From IMG/VR virus record IMGVR_UViG_3300045988_126367: a stretch of DNA of 64,000 nucleotides. One strand, 5' to 3'. The position numbers and the translations under genes were made by a program. Below the pieces are notes generated by a model, which was not told the origin of the DNA, did no database searches, and saw only the letters and a program-made list of their open reading frames with translations. Position 1 is the stretch's first letter, and every line of letters starts with the position of its first letter. Below, one piece after another: positions 42,697 to 52,961 of this stretch. Source of the stretch: a virus.

Positions 42697-43986
42697 TTAT
42701 GCGCCTCCTTCCTCGTTTACCTTGCCCCATTCCGTCACCGTGGCCGTGGGGAAGTCCGCCACGCTCACCGCCGTAATGGTCATCTCTCCGGCATAGGCCA
42801 AGGGCCTTGAAAAGCCCTGCACCAGATGCCGCTCCGTGGGGTTCCCCGGCTTGTCCGTCCGCACAATGGTCACCAGCTCGTTTTCCTTGATGTGGAAAAT
42901 CTGGGCGCAGCTGATGTCCACGCTCTTCTGCAGCACGGTGGAGCGTTTCAGCATCCACTCCGCCTTGTCCCTGCACTGGGTGTCGGTGGTGTAGCCGCTC
43001 TCCGCCGTCCGTATCGTCTTGCGCCCGATCAGCTTCACGTTGGTGTCGCTCTCCGGATCATAGTTGGTGGCTCTCGCCCCCGGCTGGCTGTTGTCGTCCA
43101 GCGCCTCCCCCATCACGATGTAGTCGTTATAGACCTCCGTGTTCTTCGCCGTGTAGGAAAGGCCCAGCAGCGTCACCTCCCCCATGGAAAAGGCGTAGGC
43201 AACGGGCTTCTCCGTGTCCAGCAGGTCGTCCTGGCTGGGGTCGATCCGCAGCCGCCCCGTGGCGTCATAGCCCACCCAGGCGTTCAGCATCTCGCAAAAT
43301 CCCAGCACCACCGAGGAGTAGGTGCCTCCGCTTCCCGGCGATACCTCCAGCGTGTAGGGCGCGTCCACCAGGTTTGCTGTTGTCCCGTCCGGCAGCTTCT
43401 GGGTCTTTCCGTTGTAATACTCGGTGTAAACCGGCTTCATCCGGTCCACCGGCACGCCGTTTCCCTTGTCGCCCTGTAAAAGCGCGTCGATCTGCTGGAA
43501 GATGTTTACCCCCAGCTGCCCCCGATAGGTGCCATCCAGGTTGCCCCACAGCGTCCCATCCAGATTGGCCCACTTGTCCACCAGGTTGAAAACCGCCGTC
43601 CGCTGGGTGGGGTCAACGGTCTCCTCCGGATCTTCCACCAGAAATACCCCCTGCTGTATGTAGTACTCCTCGCCGTTGGGCAGCGTCAGCCCCTCATCCA
43701 GCGCGATCTCCTGTCCAAACCAGATGTGGTTCACGTCGTAGGAGAATTCCTCCCCCACGTTGCTCAGTGTCACGCTGGCCGTCCGCCGCACGCCGTTCTG
43801 TAGGTTCACCGTCAGCGTCCCGTTGGAGACGAAGGCGGCGCTGTAGGGGTTTTTCCGGTTGTTGTCCACGAAAAAGGCGGTGCTTCCGTCCGGATTCAAA
43901 AACCGCAGCCGGCACAGCTTTTCAAACGGCCCCTTCAACGCCCTCAGATACGCCGCGTATCGCTCCTGTGCCGTCACCTGCGCCAC
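42697..43986 (-). CDS. tail structural protein (distal-tail/baseplate-like)
   Basis: 429 aa, downstream of tape measure; function by position only. Confidence 0.55.
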   Translation of the reverse strand: MAQVTAQERYAAYLRALKGPFEKLCRLRFLNPDGSTAFFVDNNRKNPYSAAFVSNGTLTVNLQNGVRRTASVTLSNVGEEFSYDVNHIWFGQEIALDEGLTLPNGEEYYIQQGVFLVEDPEETVDPTQRTAVFNLVDKWANLDGTLWGNLDGTYRGQLGVNIFQQIDALLQGDKGNGVPVDRMKPVYTEYYNGKTQKLPDGTTANLVDAPYTLEVSPGSGGTYSSVVLGFCEMLNAWVGYDATGRLRIDPSQDDLLDTEKPVAYAFSMGEVTLLGLSYTAKNTEVYNDYIVMGEALDDNSQPGARATNYDPESDTNVKLIGRKTIRTAESGYTTDTQCRDKAEWMLKRSTVLQKSVDISCAQIFHIKENELVTIVRTDKPGNPTERHLVQGFSRPLAYAGEMTITAVSVADFPTATVTEWGKVNEEGGA

Positions 43987-44177
43987 CGTCCCCTCTTCTC
44001 CAGCCGGTCCGTCAGCGCCTCACATTCCGCCTCCGTGGCCTGCCGAATGGCGCTGATCTCAGGGTCCTTCTTCCGGTAGCTGCCCTCCCGCGTCACATAG
44101 TGCTGCCGCGTGATCCCCGTCACAGGGATCTCTCTCCCGTTCCGGAAGATCAGAATGTGCCGATTTTTTCTGCCCAT
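43974..44177 (-). CDS. small hypothetical protein
   Basis: 67-aa ORF, 13-nt overlap with downstream gene. Confidence 0.35.
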   Translation of the reverse strand: MGRKNRHILIFRNGREIPVTGITRQHYVTREGSYRKKDPEISAIRQATEAECEALTDRLEKRGRWRR

Positions 44178-44231
44178 TGGCTCCCCGCCTTTCTCATTTG
44201 ATTGAATTTGAAGGTACTCCGATAGACACTC

Positions 44232-44439
44232 CGTAGGGCGTCGGCGCGTTAAGAAAATATGCCAGTGGCATATTTTTAGCGCCGATCTCAGCGGCTATGC
44301 CGCTGTAGCATCTATCTGGATTTACACAGCACCCTCTTTTTAGCCCCGATCTCAGCGGCTATGCCGCCATAGCATCCATCTTATCTTTGAAGGTACTACG
44401 GTAAACACTTCGTAGGGGCGGGGTGCCCTCACCCCGCCG
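44232..44439. repeat. REP-like mosaic cluster R12 (inside tail operon)
   Basis: GTAGGG heads, AAAATATGCC-AGTG-GCATATTTT module plus partial second copy; flanking about 40-nt direct duplication TTTGAAGGTACT.CG.TA.ACACT.CGTAGGG. Confidence 0.85.
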
Positions 44440-44449
44440 CTCCGTACCC

Positions 44450-44764
44450 TCACAGGTTCGATCCGTCCGCATACATGATGATCTTCTGGTTCTCCGCGTT
44501 TTTCTTCTCGCCGAATACCAACACCACCACCTGCGCCCCCTTCTGCGCTCCCGCCATGCTTCCCACATACGAAAGCGCCGTCTCCGTCTCGTCAAAGGGC
44601 CGCCTTACCGTGATCTTGCCGTCCACTGCCGCCGCCGTCACCTCCGCCCGGTAAAACCGCAGCATGTCCGTCTGCGTCTCCTTCACCCTGTGGCGGAAAA
44701 AGTTGTTCCACAGCCTCTGCGCCAGCGTCACCAGCGCCCTCGTCTCATTTCCCATGGGTATCAC
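44450..44764 (-). CDS. hypothetical protein (tail operon)
   Basis: 104-aa ORF just downstream of tape measure. Confidence 0.5.
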   Translation of the reverse strand: MIPMGNETRALVTLAQRLWNNFFRHRVKETQTDMLRFYRAEVTAAAVDGKITVRRPFDETETALSYVGSMAGAQKGAQVVVLVFGEKKNAENQKIIMYADGSNL

Positions 44765-44818
44765 CCTTTCGCTTTTTAATAGCTTCCCTTGCGCAAGGGG
44801 GCCTTTAATGCCCGCCCC

Positions 44819-47800
44819 TTATGCGCTGAACGCCTGCAAATTGTGCGCCTGCTGCGCCGCCTCATAAATGGTGGTGTTCTTCGCCTGCTGCTCCGTCATC
44901 ACAATACTGCCGATCTGATAGCGCGTTCCGCTGTTGTCGGTGTAGCTTCGGTTGTCGCTGTTTCCTCTCAGCGACTTGGGAATTCCCTGTTCCGCCCCGT
45001 ACACATACCCCAGCTCACTCACTCTTGCCTGAAACACCTGGCTTGCCTGGGGCGTCAGCATCCTGGCCGCCAGCTTCGGCGGCAGCACGATCTCATCCTG
45101 TGGCGTGGCCTTGATGCCGCCCATCCCCTGCAAAATGCCGCCCTCGTCGTAATAGCCCGTGGCGCTCTTGAACTTAGCGTAGCTGTTGTATTTTTCATAG
45201 AAGTTCAGCCACAGTTTGTTGGCACGCTCCGCGTCTCGTCCGCCTGCGGCGTTGTAGCTTCCCGCGCCCCACTTGCCGTCATCATTGGTTCCGAACCACT
45301 TTTGCATATACATGATGGTGGCTGTGGTAAGCCCCATATTGTTGTAGCCACTGGGCTTCGTGCCACCAGGCGCCACATAAAGATACGACCAAGACCGCTG
45401 CGCTTCGCCCAGCGTGTCGCCCGCGTCGATCCGGTCCTGAATCCAGCCGTTGGGGCTGCTCTGTCCCGTACCGCCGGTGCTGCCGCTGTCTCCGCTGTCG
45501 CCTCCACTCCCGCTGCCGCTTCCACTGTCCACCTTCGTGTTGTTGGCGGCGTTCTTCGCGTCGATGATGCTCTGCATCGCCTGATTGATCTGGCTGGCCG
45601 CGTCCCAGTTGTTCAAAACGCTCTCGTCCAGCAGCGCTTTTTCCGCCGCAATGGAGCTGGATAGCCCGTCCAGATAATCCTGCCATGCGTCGATCTTGAT
45701 CTGATACGCCGCCTTAATGGCCTCCTGTCGGGTTTTCAGCTCCTCCACCGCCAGGTCAAGCTCGATCTTGCGCTCATATTCCCGCAGCGCCTTCTTGGCG
45801 TTTTCCAGATCCTCCTCGGCCTTCTTCACCTTGGTGGCGTCCGCCACCCATTCCCACTGGCCCGTCGAGGCGTTGTACTGGCGCACTGTCCGCTCGTTTC
45901 GGGCGTTCATCACGGCGTCCTGCTTTTTCAGGATGTCCAGCTTGTATTCCTCGATCTTGGCCTGCCGGTCTTCGATCTTTGCCTGCTCCTCCAGCGCGTC
46001 GATCTGGTCCTGGATCACGTCCAGCTCCGCGTCCCGCTCCTTTTTCAGCTGCTTGATCGCCGCCTGGGCTTCCTTCCGTGCCGCACTGTCGCTTCCGCTG
46101 CTGCCGCTTCTGGAGGAAGAAGATCCCCGCTTGCCGGAACTCCCGCTGCCGCTGCCGCCGGAGCTTCCGCTGCCGGAATAGCCACCCCCGGAGGGATAGG
46201 AAACCGATGGTGTGCTGATGGTGGGCGTGTAGTTGTTTTTCAGCGCGTTCCATCGCTCATTCAACAGCGCCGACGCGGCTTCCTGCTCCGTCACCGTCTT
46301 GCCGTATTTCAGTTTCATGGTGCGGATATAACCGCTGATCTGGTCGTGGGTCACGGTGGCGTTGCCGTACATGGCAAACACCTGGGCCATGGCCTGCGCC
46401 GTATAGCCCGCCTGCTGTGCGATAGCTTGCAGCGCCGCGATCTGCTGACTGACATTCAGCTGTGTGTTGCCTGCGGTGACAAGGCTTGCTGCGTAGTCGT
46501 ACATGGCCTGTCCCGTATACCCGGCCTGCTGTGCTTCTTCGATCAGCTTATTCACGGTGTTCTGGATCTCCGCCTGCTGCCGCTGCTCCGCGCTCATCAG
46601 GTTTTCCAGCGCGTCCTTCTGGATCACATACCCGTCCGCCGTCTGCGTCGCCGCCTCCGCCAACTGCGGATACACCGCGATCAGCGCCTGATACATCTCC
46701 TCCGTCAAATGGCCCGCACTGGTCAGCTCCGCCATAGCCTGCACTAAAACATCCTGTTCCTGCGCCGCCGCGCCTGTGGCCTCCACAGTTCCCTCCAGTG
46801 CCTCTATCACCCGCAGCTGCGATTCCGTCAGTGTGTCCCCGTTAGCTGCCAGCACTTCATAGGCGCCCGCCTGCTGCTCCGCCGCCTCCTTGGCGCCCTC
46901 ATATTCAATGATCTGCTGATCCGTCAGGGCAATGCCCTTGCGCATCATGTCGCTGTATTTTTCTATTGTGTTGGCAAGGTAGTTGTTCAGCGCGTCCCCG
47001 CTGGCCTTGATGGTGTCGTTTACCTCCGCCAGATTGCTGATATAAATTCGGCTTGCCAGAGTCCCCTCACCGTAGATCCTGTTGATGGCGTCCACAGCAT
47101 CTTCCATGCTGCTCCATTCCATCCCCAGCAATCCGCTCTTTACGCTGGTGCCCCGCGTTACCTCCACTTCCGCGCCCGCCTGTGTGTCAGCCGCCTTGTA
47201 ATTTTTCTTTTCCATCAGCTGGATGTTGGCTTCCAGCTCTGCGTTTTCCTTTTCCAGCGCTTCCTTTTCCGCCAGAATCGCCGTCGTCCGCTCGTTCCAC
47301 GGCGTGTTGTTGATCTCGTCCAGCCGCGCCTTGTTGTCCTTGATCTTCTCGTTGGCCGCGGCAATGTCCTCGGTAAACACATCATAGTCGCCGCCCACCG
47401 ACCTGGCCCACTTGGAAACCGCGCCTATGGTCTTGCCCAGTGCCGAAACCAGCGTACTTGCCAACTCGATCACAAAGGAAATGGCTTCTCCGAAGATGGA
47501 AAGCGCCTGCGCTCCCTCATCCAGCCCCCCCACAAGATCGGTCACGCTGTCAATGAGGTTCTTAATACCGTCCGTCTCCACCAGGTGGCTGATGAACTCC
47601 GTCCACTTGTTCCGCAAAATCTCCGTCTTGCGGCTCCAGCTGTCCAGCGCGTTCTCCACTTCCTTGTCCGCGCTGCCAAGGGCGTTTGCATAGTCCCCCA
47701 GCATGGACTTATACATATCCCAGTTCTGGATCAGCGCCAGCAGCTGCGAGGTACGCAGCTTGCCGCCGATGTCGCTGACCATTTCCATCAGCTGCTGCTC

Positions 47801-49141
47801 CGTCAGCAGCCCATCCTTCATACTCTGGGCCAATCCGCCGATGGCCTCCATGGGGTTGATGACGCTGCCGGTCGCCTCCGCCGCCTCATAGGCGTCCTTG
47901 GCATAAAGCTTGATCACGTCTCTCAGGCCCGCGATCTCGCCGGTGGTCCACGTCACGCCCTCGTCGATCTCCGTCTTGGTGTCGCCGATAATGTTCAAAA
48001 ACAGAGCACGCAGGGCGGTGGCCGCCTCCGTGCCGCTCCGCTGGGTCACCGCCGTAATGGTGCCGATGGCCGCCGTCAGCTCATCTACACCCACATGGGC
48101 CTGAGACGCAATGGGCGCCACCTTGCCCAGTCCTTCCGCGATCTTCTCAATGCTGGTGGCGTACCGGTTGTCTATCTCGTTGGCCCCGTCCAGCACGCGG
48201 CTCAGGCTCTCAATGCTGCCCTGATACTTGTAGGCCGCGTCCACGGAAAGCAAAAACTGCTGCGCCGTTTTCGCGTCCGTGTCGCCCACGATCTGGGTTT
48301 TCGTCGCCAGCTCCGCCAGCGCCGACGCCTGGTCGCCGTAACCGGCTCTTGTAAAAGCGGCCACAGAATTCAGATATTCGTCCGCCGCCACGCCGTAGGC
48401 GCTGGCGGTCTTGTATGCCTGCGCCTCGATCTTTTCCAGTTCCTCCGTGGAAGCGCCCGTCACCTTCCGGATGGTCACCATCTCGTCGTCCACCGACTTC
48501 ATGGTCTCCAGCGCGTCACGGAAGGCGTTCGTCACCCCGGAAATGGCGCTGCCCAGCAGCTGCCACGCCGCCATCTTGCCCACCACGTTGGCAAGACTGT
48601 CGCCCATCATTCCGGCAAAGCCGCTGCTCTCCTTGGCGCTCTGCCCCACCTTGGTGAGGTTCCCTGCCGCCTTAGCCGCCGCCGTCGCCGTCTTCTCCTG
48701 CTGCACAGCCAGGTTGGCGGTGGCCGTCGCCGCCTTCTCCTGCTGCAGCGTCGCCTGTGCTGCCGCCGTCTTCTGCTTTTCCTGCTCTGTGGTGGCCTTC
48801 TGGATCTCACGGCTCAGGTCAAGGTTGGCTTTCCGTGCTTTCTCCTCCGCCGTGGCCGTTTTCTCCATCTGGGTGGCCAGCTGGTTGGCCGTCTGGGTGG
48901 TTTTCTGCTGCGCCGCCGCAAGCTGGTTCGCCGTCTGCTTCGTTTTCTCCTGGGCCACGGCCAGCTCGTTCTGCGCCTTCGTCAGCCGTGCCGTGGCGTT
49001 CATGGTCTTAATAGCCTGGTTGGAAAGCGCATTGAAGTCTGTTGCGTCCACCTGGATCTTCACCGGCGTGGACGAAAGCTTCGTCAGCTCACTGCGCAGC
49101 TGCGTAAAATCCGGAACCGCCTTTACCTTAAACAGTGCCAT
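44819..49141 (-). CDS. tail tape measure protein (TP901-type core)
   Basis: 1440 aa; coiled-coil N-terminus, core AFTRAGYGDQASALAELATKTQIVGDTDAKTAQQFL...TAVTQRSGTEAATALRALFLNI. Confidence 0.9.
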   Translation of the reverse strand: MALFKVKAVPDFTQLRSELTKLSSTPVKIQVDATDFNALSNQAIKTMNATARLTKAQNELAVAQEKTKQTANQLAAAQQKTTQTANQLATQMEKTATAEEKARKANLDLSREIQKATTEQEKQKTAAAQATLQQEKAATATANLAVQQEKTATAAAKAAGNLTKVGQSAKESSGFAGMMGDSLANVVGKMAAWQLLGSAISGVTNAFRDALETMKSVDDEMVTIRKVTGASTEELEKIEAQAYKTASAYGVAADEYLNSVAAFTRAGYGDQASALAELATKTQIVGDTDAKTAQQFLLSVDAAYKYQGSIESLSRVLDGANEIDNRYATSIEKIAEGLGKVAPIASQAHVGVDELTAAIGTITAVTQRSGTEAATALRALFLNIIGDTKTEIDEGVTWTTGEIAGLRDVIKLYAKDAYEAAEATGSVINPMEAIGGLAQSMKDGLLTEQQLMEMVSDIGGKLRTSQLLALIQNWDMYKSMLGDYANALGSADKEVENALDSWSRKTEILRNKWTEFISHLVETDGIKNLIDSVTDLVGGLDEGAQALSIFGEAISFVIELASTLVSALGKTIGAVSKWARSVGGDYDVFTEDIAAANEKIKDNKARLDEINNTPWNERTTAILAEKEALEKENAELEANIQLMEKKNYKAADTQAGAEVEVTRGTSVKSGLLGMEWSSMEDAVDAINRIYGEGTLASRIYISNLAEVNDTIKASGDALNNYLANTIEKYSDMMRKGIALTDQQIIEYEGAKEAAEQQAGAYEVLAANGDTLTESQLRVIEALEGTVEATGAAAQEQDVLVQAMAELTSAGHLTEEMYQALIAVYPQLAEAATQTADGYVIQKDALENLMSAEQRQQAEIQNTVNKLIEEAQQAGYTGQAMYDYAASLVTAGNTQLNVSQQIAALQAIAQQAGYTAQAMAQVFAMYGNATVTHDQISGYIRTMKLKYGKTVTEQEAASALLNERWNALKNNYTPTISTPSVSYPSGGGYSGSGSSGGSGSGSSGKRGSSSSRSGSSGSDSAARKEAQAAIKQLKKERDAELDVIQDQIDALEEQAKIEDRQAKIEEYKLDILKKQDAVMNARNERTVRQYNASTGQWEWVADATKVKKAEEDLENAKKALREYERKIELDLAVEELKTRQEAIKAAYQIKIDAWQDYLDGLSSSIAAEKALLDESVLNNWDAASQINQAMQSIIDAKNAANNTKVDSGSGSGSGGDSGDSGSTGGTGQSSPNGWIQDRIDAGDTLGEAQRSWSYLYVAPGGTKPSGYNNMGLTTATIMYMQKWFGTNDDGKWGAGSYNAAGGRDAERANKLWLNFYEKYNSYAKFKSATGYYDEGGILQGMGGIKATPQDEIVLPPKLAARMLTPQASQVFQARVSELGYVYGAEQGIPKSLRGNSDNRSYTDNSGTRYQIGSIVMTEQQAKNTTIYEAAQQAHNLQAFSA

Positions 49142-49144
49142 GCA

Positions 49145-49717
49145 CTACCTCCAATCCTCGCTCTCCCGCGCGATGTCCCCATCCGCTATGACTTCCAGCG
49201 TCGGGGCCGCCGCGTTCATGGCCGCCACCAGTGTGTCCTCGGCCCGCCGCCCCTCGATCATCTCCTCCACGAAGCTGCGGAAGAACGGGCGCTTCTTCGG
49301 CTTTCGCCGCCAGTTGTACTCAGGGTCTTTTTTCTCAATGCGGTTCACCAGGTCGTCGCCGCTCACCGCGTCCGGCACGTCGTTTCCCTCGCCGTCACGG
49401 CTTCCGTCCGGCTGATACCGCAGCGTCAGATTCATGCCGCCGTCCCGCTCGTCGGAATAGACCGTTGTGTTGGCCCTCATGTCCGAAAGGCCTCCGCTGT
49501 CTCGCCGCCGCACATATTCGCTGGGCTGGAACTCGTCGTAAACGTCTGTCTCCACATGCTCCTGCAAACACGAACGCATGTCGTCCGCCAGCGTCTGGCG
49601 GGAGGCGCGAAAGGCGTTTTTCACCTCCGCTTCCAGCGCCGCCAGATCCTCCTCAAGCCCGCTGAAGGTTCCCACCATCTCCATGGCCTCCTCCGCCTCC
49701 CGTCTCTTTGTTTCCAC
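49145..49717 (-). CDS. hypothetical protein at the tail-assembly-chaperone position
   Basis: 190 aa between major tail and tape measure genes; no slippery-site/GT frameshift identified by eye. Confidence 0.45.
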   Translation of the reverse strand: METKRREAEEAMEMVGTFSGLEEDLAALEAEVKNAFRASRQTLADDMRSCLQEHVETDVYDEFQPSEYVRRRDSGGLSDMRANTTVYSDERDGGMNLTLRYQPDGSRDGEGNDVPDAVSGDDLVNRIEKKDPEYNWRRKPKKRPFFRSFVEEMIEGRRAEDTLVAAMNAAAPTLEVIADGDIARESEDWR

Positions 49718-49796
49718 ACGCCAGGGCGCGCCGTTTCGCCGCGCCCTCGCGTCTGTCCCCTCCCGCCGGAAAAGCGGGAGGGGAATTCGTTTTTCT

Positions 49797-50921
49797 TTAG
49801 TCCGTCACGCTCACGGTGCACTGGTCGGTAAACGTTTCGCCGTTGTCCTCCAGGGTCACGGTCAGCTTGCCGTCGCCGGTGGCAGTACCCGCGGTGATCA
49901 CGCCGCTCTTGCTCACGGCGGTGCCGCTGGGTGCGCCGGTCAGCTCATAGGTGCACTTGGCAGGATCCAGGTTCACCAGCTGTCCGTTTGCCACCACGGC
50001 CTTGGGCTGCACCTGTGCGGTGCCGCTCTTGGGCACGCTGATCACGCCGCCGATCTGGGCCACAATGCCGTTCACCACGCTCACGCCGTCATCCAGCGCC
50101 AGCACATACCACGCCAGGGTAGACTCAGCGCAGTCCTCGCAGGTGTCGCTGATCACGCCGCTGTCCTTGGCGATGGCACGTCCCACAATGGCGGTGGTGT
50201 CATAGGTGCTCTGGTCGCCGGTCACGGTTGCGCCGTCGGCCTGCAGTTTCAGGGGCACGTGGATGTACAGCCAGCCGCAGCGGGTGCCCTCGTTGGTCTT
50301 GGCGTTCACGTTGCTGTAGACTGCCAGCTGCGCCGTGAACATGCCGATCTTACCGTTCATGGCGCTGGTCAGGGTGCCCACGGCGGCGTTCAGCTTGCGG
50401 GTGAAGTACCACACCTTGTACTGCTTGCCCACCGTTGCGGTAAAACCGCTGATCGCGCCCGTCTCGTTGATATCATAGGCGGTGCCGCCCATGGCGATCT
50501 TGCTGGGCGCGTTCGTCTCCTGCACGTAGCAGTACGCCTTGTCCATGCCGTAACTGGCAACCGGTGCACCCTCGGAAACGTCCACGGTCAGCGCCGCGGC
50601 GGTGGCGGTCACCACCTGGCACACCGGCACAATGGCGTTGTAGGTCACATGGGCGCCCACGGCGGCCATCTTGGTGTTCAGGTTGAAATCCGCCTGAGTA
50701 AAGTTCACCTGAATATCAGGCTCGCTCTCAATGATGGTGGCAATGGGGCTGTTCAGTCCCGCACGCAGGGGATCCGCGTTCACCGTGCAGGTGATGTTGC
50801 CGCTCTGGTACTTGTTGCTGGAAAACAGCACGTCGCCGTTCGCCATGTCTGCCAGCTGTGCGCTGCAGATACCGCGCACATACAGGGGGGTGTCGGTAAA
50901 TTTGATCATGTGTCTGTCCAC
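49797..50921 (-). CDS. major tail protein with C-terminal Ig-like (Big_2-like) domain
   Basis: 374 aa; position upstream of chaperone/TMP; C-terminal YELTGAPSGTAVSKSGVITAGTATGDGKLTVTLEDNGETFTDQCTVSV. Confidence 0.65.
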   Translation of the reverse strand: MDRHMIKFTDTPLYVRGICSAQLADMANGDVLFSSNKYQSGNITCTVNADPLRAGLNSPIATIIESEPDIQVNFTQADFNLNTKMAAVGAHVTYNAIVPVCQVVTATAAALTVDVSEGAPVASYGMDKAYCYVQETNAPSKIAMGGTAYDINETGAISGFTATVGKQYKVWYFTRKLNAAVGTLTSAMNGKIGMFTAQLAVYSNVNAKTNEGTRCGWLYIHVPLKLQADGATVTGDQSTYDTTAIVGRAIAKDSGVISDTCEDCAESTLAWYVLALDDGVSVVNGIVAQIGGVISVPKSGTAQVQPKAVVANGQLVNLDPAKCTYELTGAPSGTAVSKSGVITAGTATGDGKLTVTLEDNGETFTDQCTVSVTD

Positions 50922-51030
50922 TCCTTTTTCTTAAAAAATAGCGGGGCAAAGCCCCACCGGTCTTCCGGTGTGCTTCGCCCCGTTTGGCGTTCCCCTCCGC
51001 CCCTTTGCGAAGGGATGCGTTCTTCTCTTG

Positions 51031-51834
51031 TCACTGGGCCGTCATGCCCCTTGTCACGTCGCTCATGGGCCGCAGCGCCCCGCTCTCGTGGTCTGTTCTC
51101 TCATAAAAGAGGCTGGGATATGGATTTCCGCCCTTCCAGCGGCTCCCCTGGGCCTGCGCAATGCCGCACACCATAAAGCCCATGATCCGCTGCCAGGCCC
51201 TGGCCCTCGTATCGAATTTCAGAATAGGCCATTCCTCTACCTCGGCCTCCTCCACACGGCACAGGGCGCACACCGCCGCGATCTTTTCTCCCAGGTCGCC
51301 GCTCAGCGCCGCACTCTCCGCCTCATGCAAGGCTCTCTCCGCCTCCACCAGTTCCGGATTGGCGTCGTCCGAGGTCAGCGCGATCCCGTTCTGCGCCGCG
51401 ATGATCTCCCGCAGCCGCTGAAACTGCACCGGCGTCACGCTGTGCATCTCCTCCCCCTCCGCCCAGAACACCACCGCCGTCAGGCGGCTTTGATCCTGGG
51501 CGTCCACTTTCAGCCGAAAGAGCTTCAGCCGCTCCTCTGCCGTCCGGCCCGTCCCCAGCCGCAGGGACAGCGCCAGCATCAGCAGCGCTCCGGCAAAAAG
51601 CCCCACCGGCTCCTGCCCCGCCGTGACCGCCTCATGATCCATCTTAAAATAGGCGCTCAAAAGGGGCATCGCCGCGTAAAGGGGCGGCATACTCTGCTGC
51701 ACCATGTCAATGGCGGGCCTTGCATAGATAAAATCCTCCCGCTCTGCCATCGTCACCGGATACAGCGTCAGTCCTTCCGCCTCCACCGGCTCATACCGTT
51801 GGATGCGTTTTTTTATGTAAGGTGTGAGTGCCAT
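51031..51834 (-). CDS. hypothetical virion-module protein
   Basis: 267-aa ORF. Confidence 0.5.
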   Translation of the reverse strand: MALTPYIKKRIQRYEPVEAEGLTLYPVTMAEREDFIYARPAIDMVQQSMPPLYAAMPLLSAYFKMDHEAVTAGQEPVGLFAGALLMLALSLRLGTGRTAEERLKLFRLKVDAQDQSRLTAVVFWAEGEEMHSVTPVQFQRLREIIAAQNGIALTSDDANPELVEAERALHEAESAALSGDLGEKIAAVCALCRVEEAEVEEWPILKFDTRARAWQRIMGFMVCGIAQAQGSRWKGGNPYPSLFYERTDHESGALRPMSDVTRGMTAQ

Positions 51835-51864
51835 CTTTTCTCCTTTCCCACACGAAACAACGTT

Positions 51865-52167
51865 TTACATGTGAAGTCCCGCCTGCGCCAGCATCGCCGC
51901 GATCACGCCGCCAATCACCAGCCACACGATCTTTTCCACCACGTCGTTCCACCGCTTCGCCGGCAGCGACGTCAGGCTCTTCACGTCCTTCTTCACCTCA
52001 GAGATATCCTCCTTGATGTCCTTCTGCTCCTGGGTCATCAGCGCCACCGACGTGGCAAGCGTCTCCAGCGCCTCCTGCCGCTCCTCCAGCTTGTCGATCC
52101 GGTGCCCGTTGCTCTTGCACCGCTGCTCCACCGCCGTCAGCCGTTTTTCCATCTGCATCTCGTCCAC
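51865..52167 (-). CDS. XhlA-like coiled-coil protein with C-terminal TM
   Basis: 100 aa; coiled coil then WLVIGGVIAAMLAQAGL anchor (architecture resembles hemolysin XhlA family). Confidence 0.45.
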   Translation of the reverse strand: MDEMQMEKRLTAVEQRCKSNGHRIDKLEERQEALETLATSVALMTQEQKDIKEDISEVKKDVKSLTSLPAKRWNDVVEKIVWLVIGGVIAAMLAQAGLHM

Positions 52168-52186
52168 GGGCGTCGTCCTCCGTCCC

Positions 52187-52882
52187 TCAGAATGTCGTCA
52201 CGACGTCCTCGCCGTCGCTCTCCGCCCATGCAAGGCTCATGTGCAGCCGTCTCCCCACGTTGGTTCCCTCATCATAAATGGGCCTGGACCCGTTGTCGGG
52301 ATGTGCGCCCCTGTCAAAGCTCATCACGCCCGCTCCGCCGATGTTCACGCCGTTCAGCGCTTCAATCAGGCATTGCTCCATGTCGTAGCTGCGGGAATAG
52401 GCGTCCGTTTTCGTGGTGTTCTCCTGCCCATAGTTGCACAGGATCTCGAAATACACCCCCACGCTGGCGGTAAACGCCGTCAGAGGGATCACCCGCCCGA
52501 TGTACACCTTAATGGTGCTCTGAGCCATGCTCTGGGCCTGCCCCCAATACTCCTGGGGATACAGGCGGTAGCCCTTGGGGTGCCGTTTCTTCTGCTCCGT
52601 GGTGTCCACCACCGGCTCCTCGCCGTCAAAAAGAAGACTCATCTTCTCCTCCGGCGTGGGCAGCGCCTTGGCAAGTGGCCGTGCCCCGTCGTGCCACAGG
52701 TATTTCATCAGCCTCACCCGCGGCCTTTCGTTGTCATCCACGGGAAGATACCCCGCCCTGTCCGGAAGATCCAGCAGGTAGTTCACCACCTTCTTGGGGA
52801 CGATCTCCGTCCCCTTATAGGTGCTGTATCCCGTTTGGACTTTCTCAAATGGATACCAGGGACTTTCAAAGCTCACCGCCAT
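52187..52882 (-). CDS. hypothetical virion-module protein
   Basis: start MAVSFESPWYPF after AGGAGG. Confidence 0.5.
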   Translation of the reverse strand: MAVSFESPWYPFEKVQTGYSTYKGTEIVPKKVVNYLLDLPDRAGYLPVDDNERPRVRLMKYLWHDGARPLAKALPTPEEKMSLLFDGEEPVVDTTEQKKRHPKGYRLYPQEYWGQAQSMAQSTIKVYIGRVIPLTAFTASVGVYFEILCNYGQENTTKTDAYSRSYDMEQCLIEALNGVNIGGAGVMSFDRGAHPDNGSRPIYDEGTNVGRRLHMSLAWAESDGEDVVTTF

Positions 52883-52961
52883 GCGTTCACCTCCTGTTTT
52901 TGCAACTGTTTCACGTGAAACAAGGCTCATTTCGTTACATTTCTGTTATTATTGCAACTTT

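Noticed and set aside
47585-49831. 748-aa plus-strand ORF, plus other long plus-strand ORFs (45717-46181, 48411-49415, 49578-51176, 50968-52473)
   Set aside because: They run antisense to the tape-measure and tail genes. They are Arg/Leu/Pro/His-rich, as is typical of open antisense frames in GC-rich DNA.
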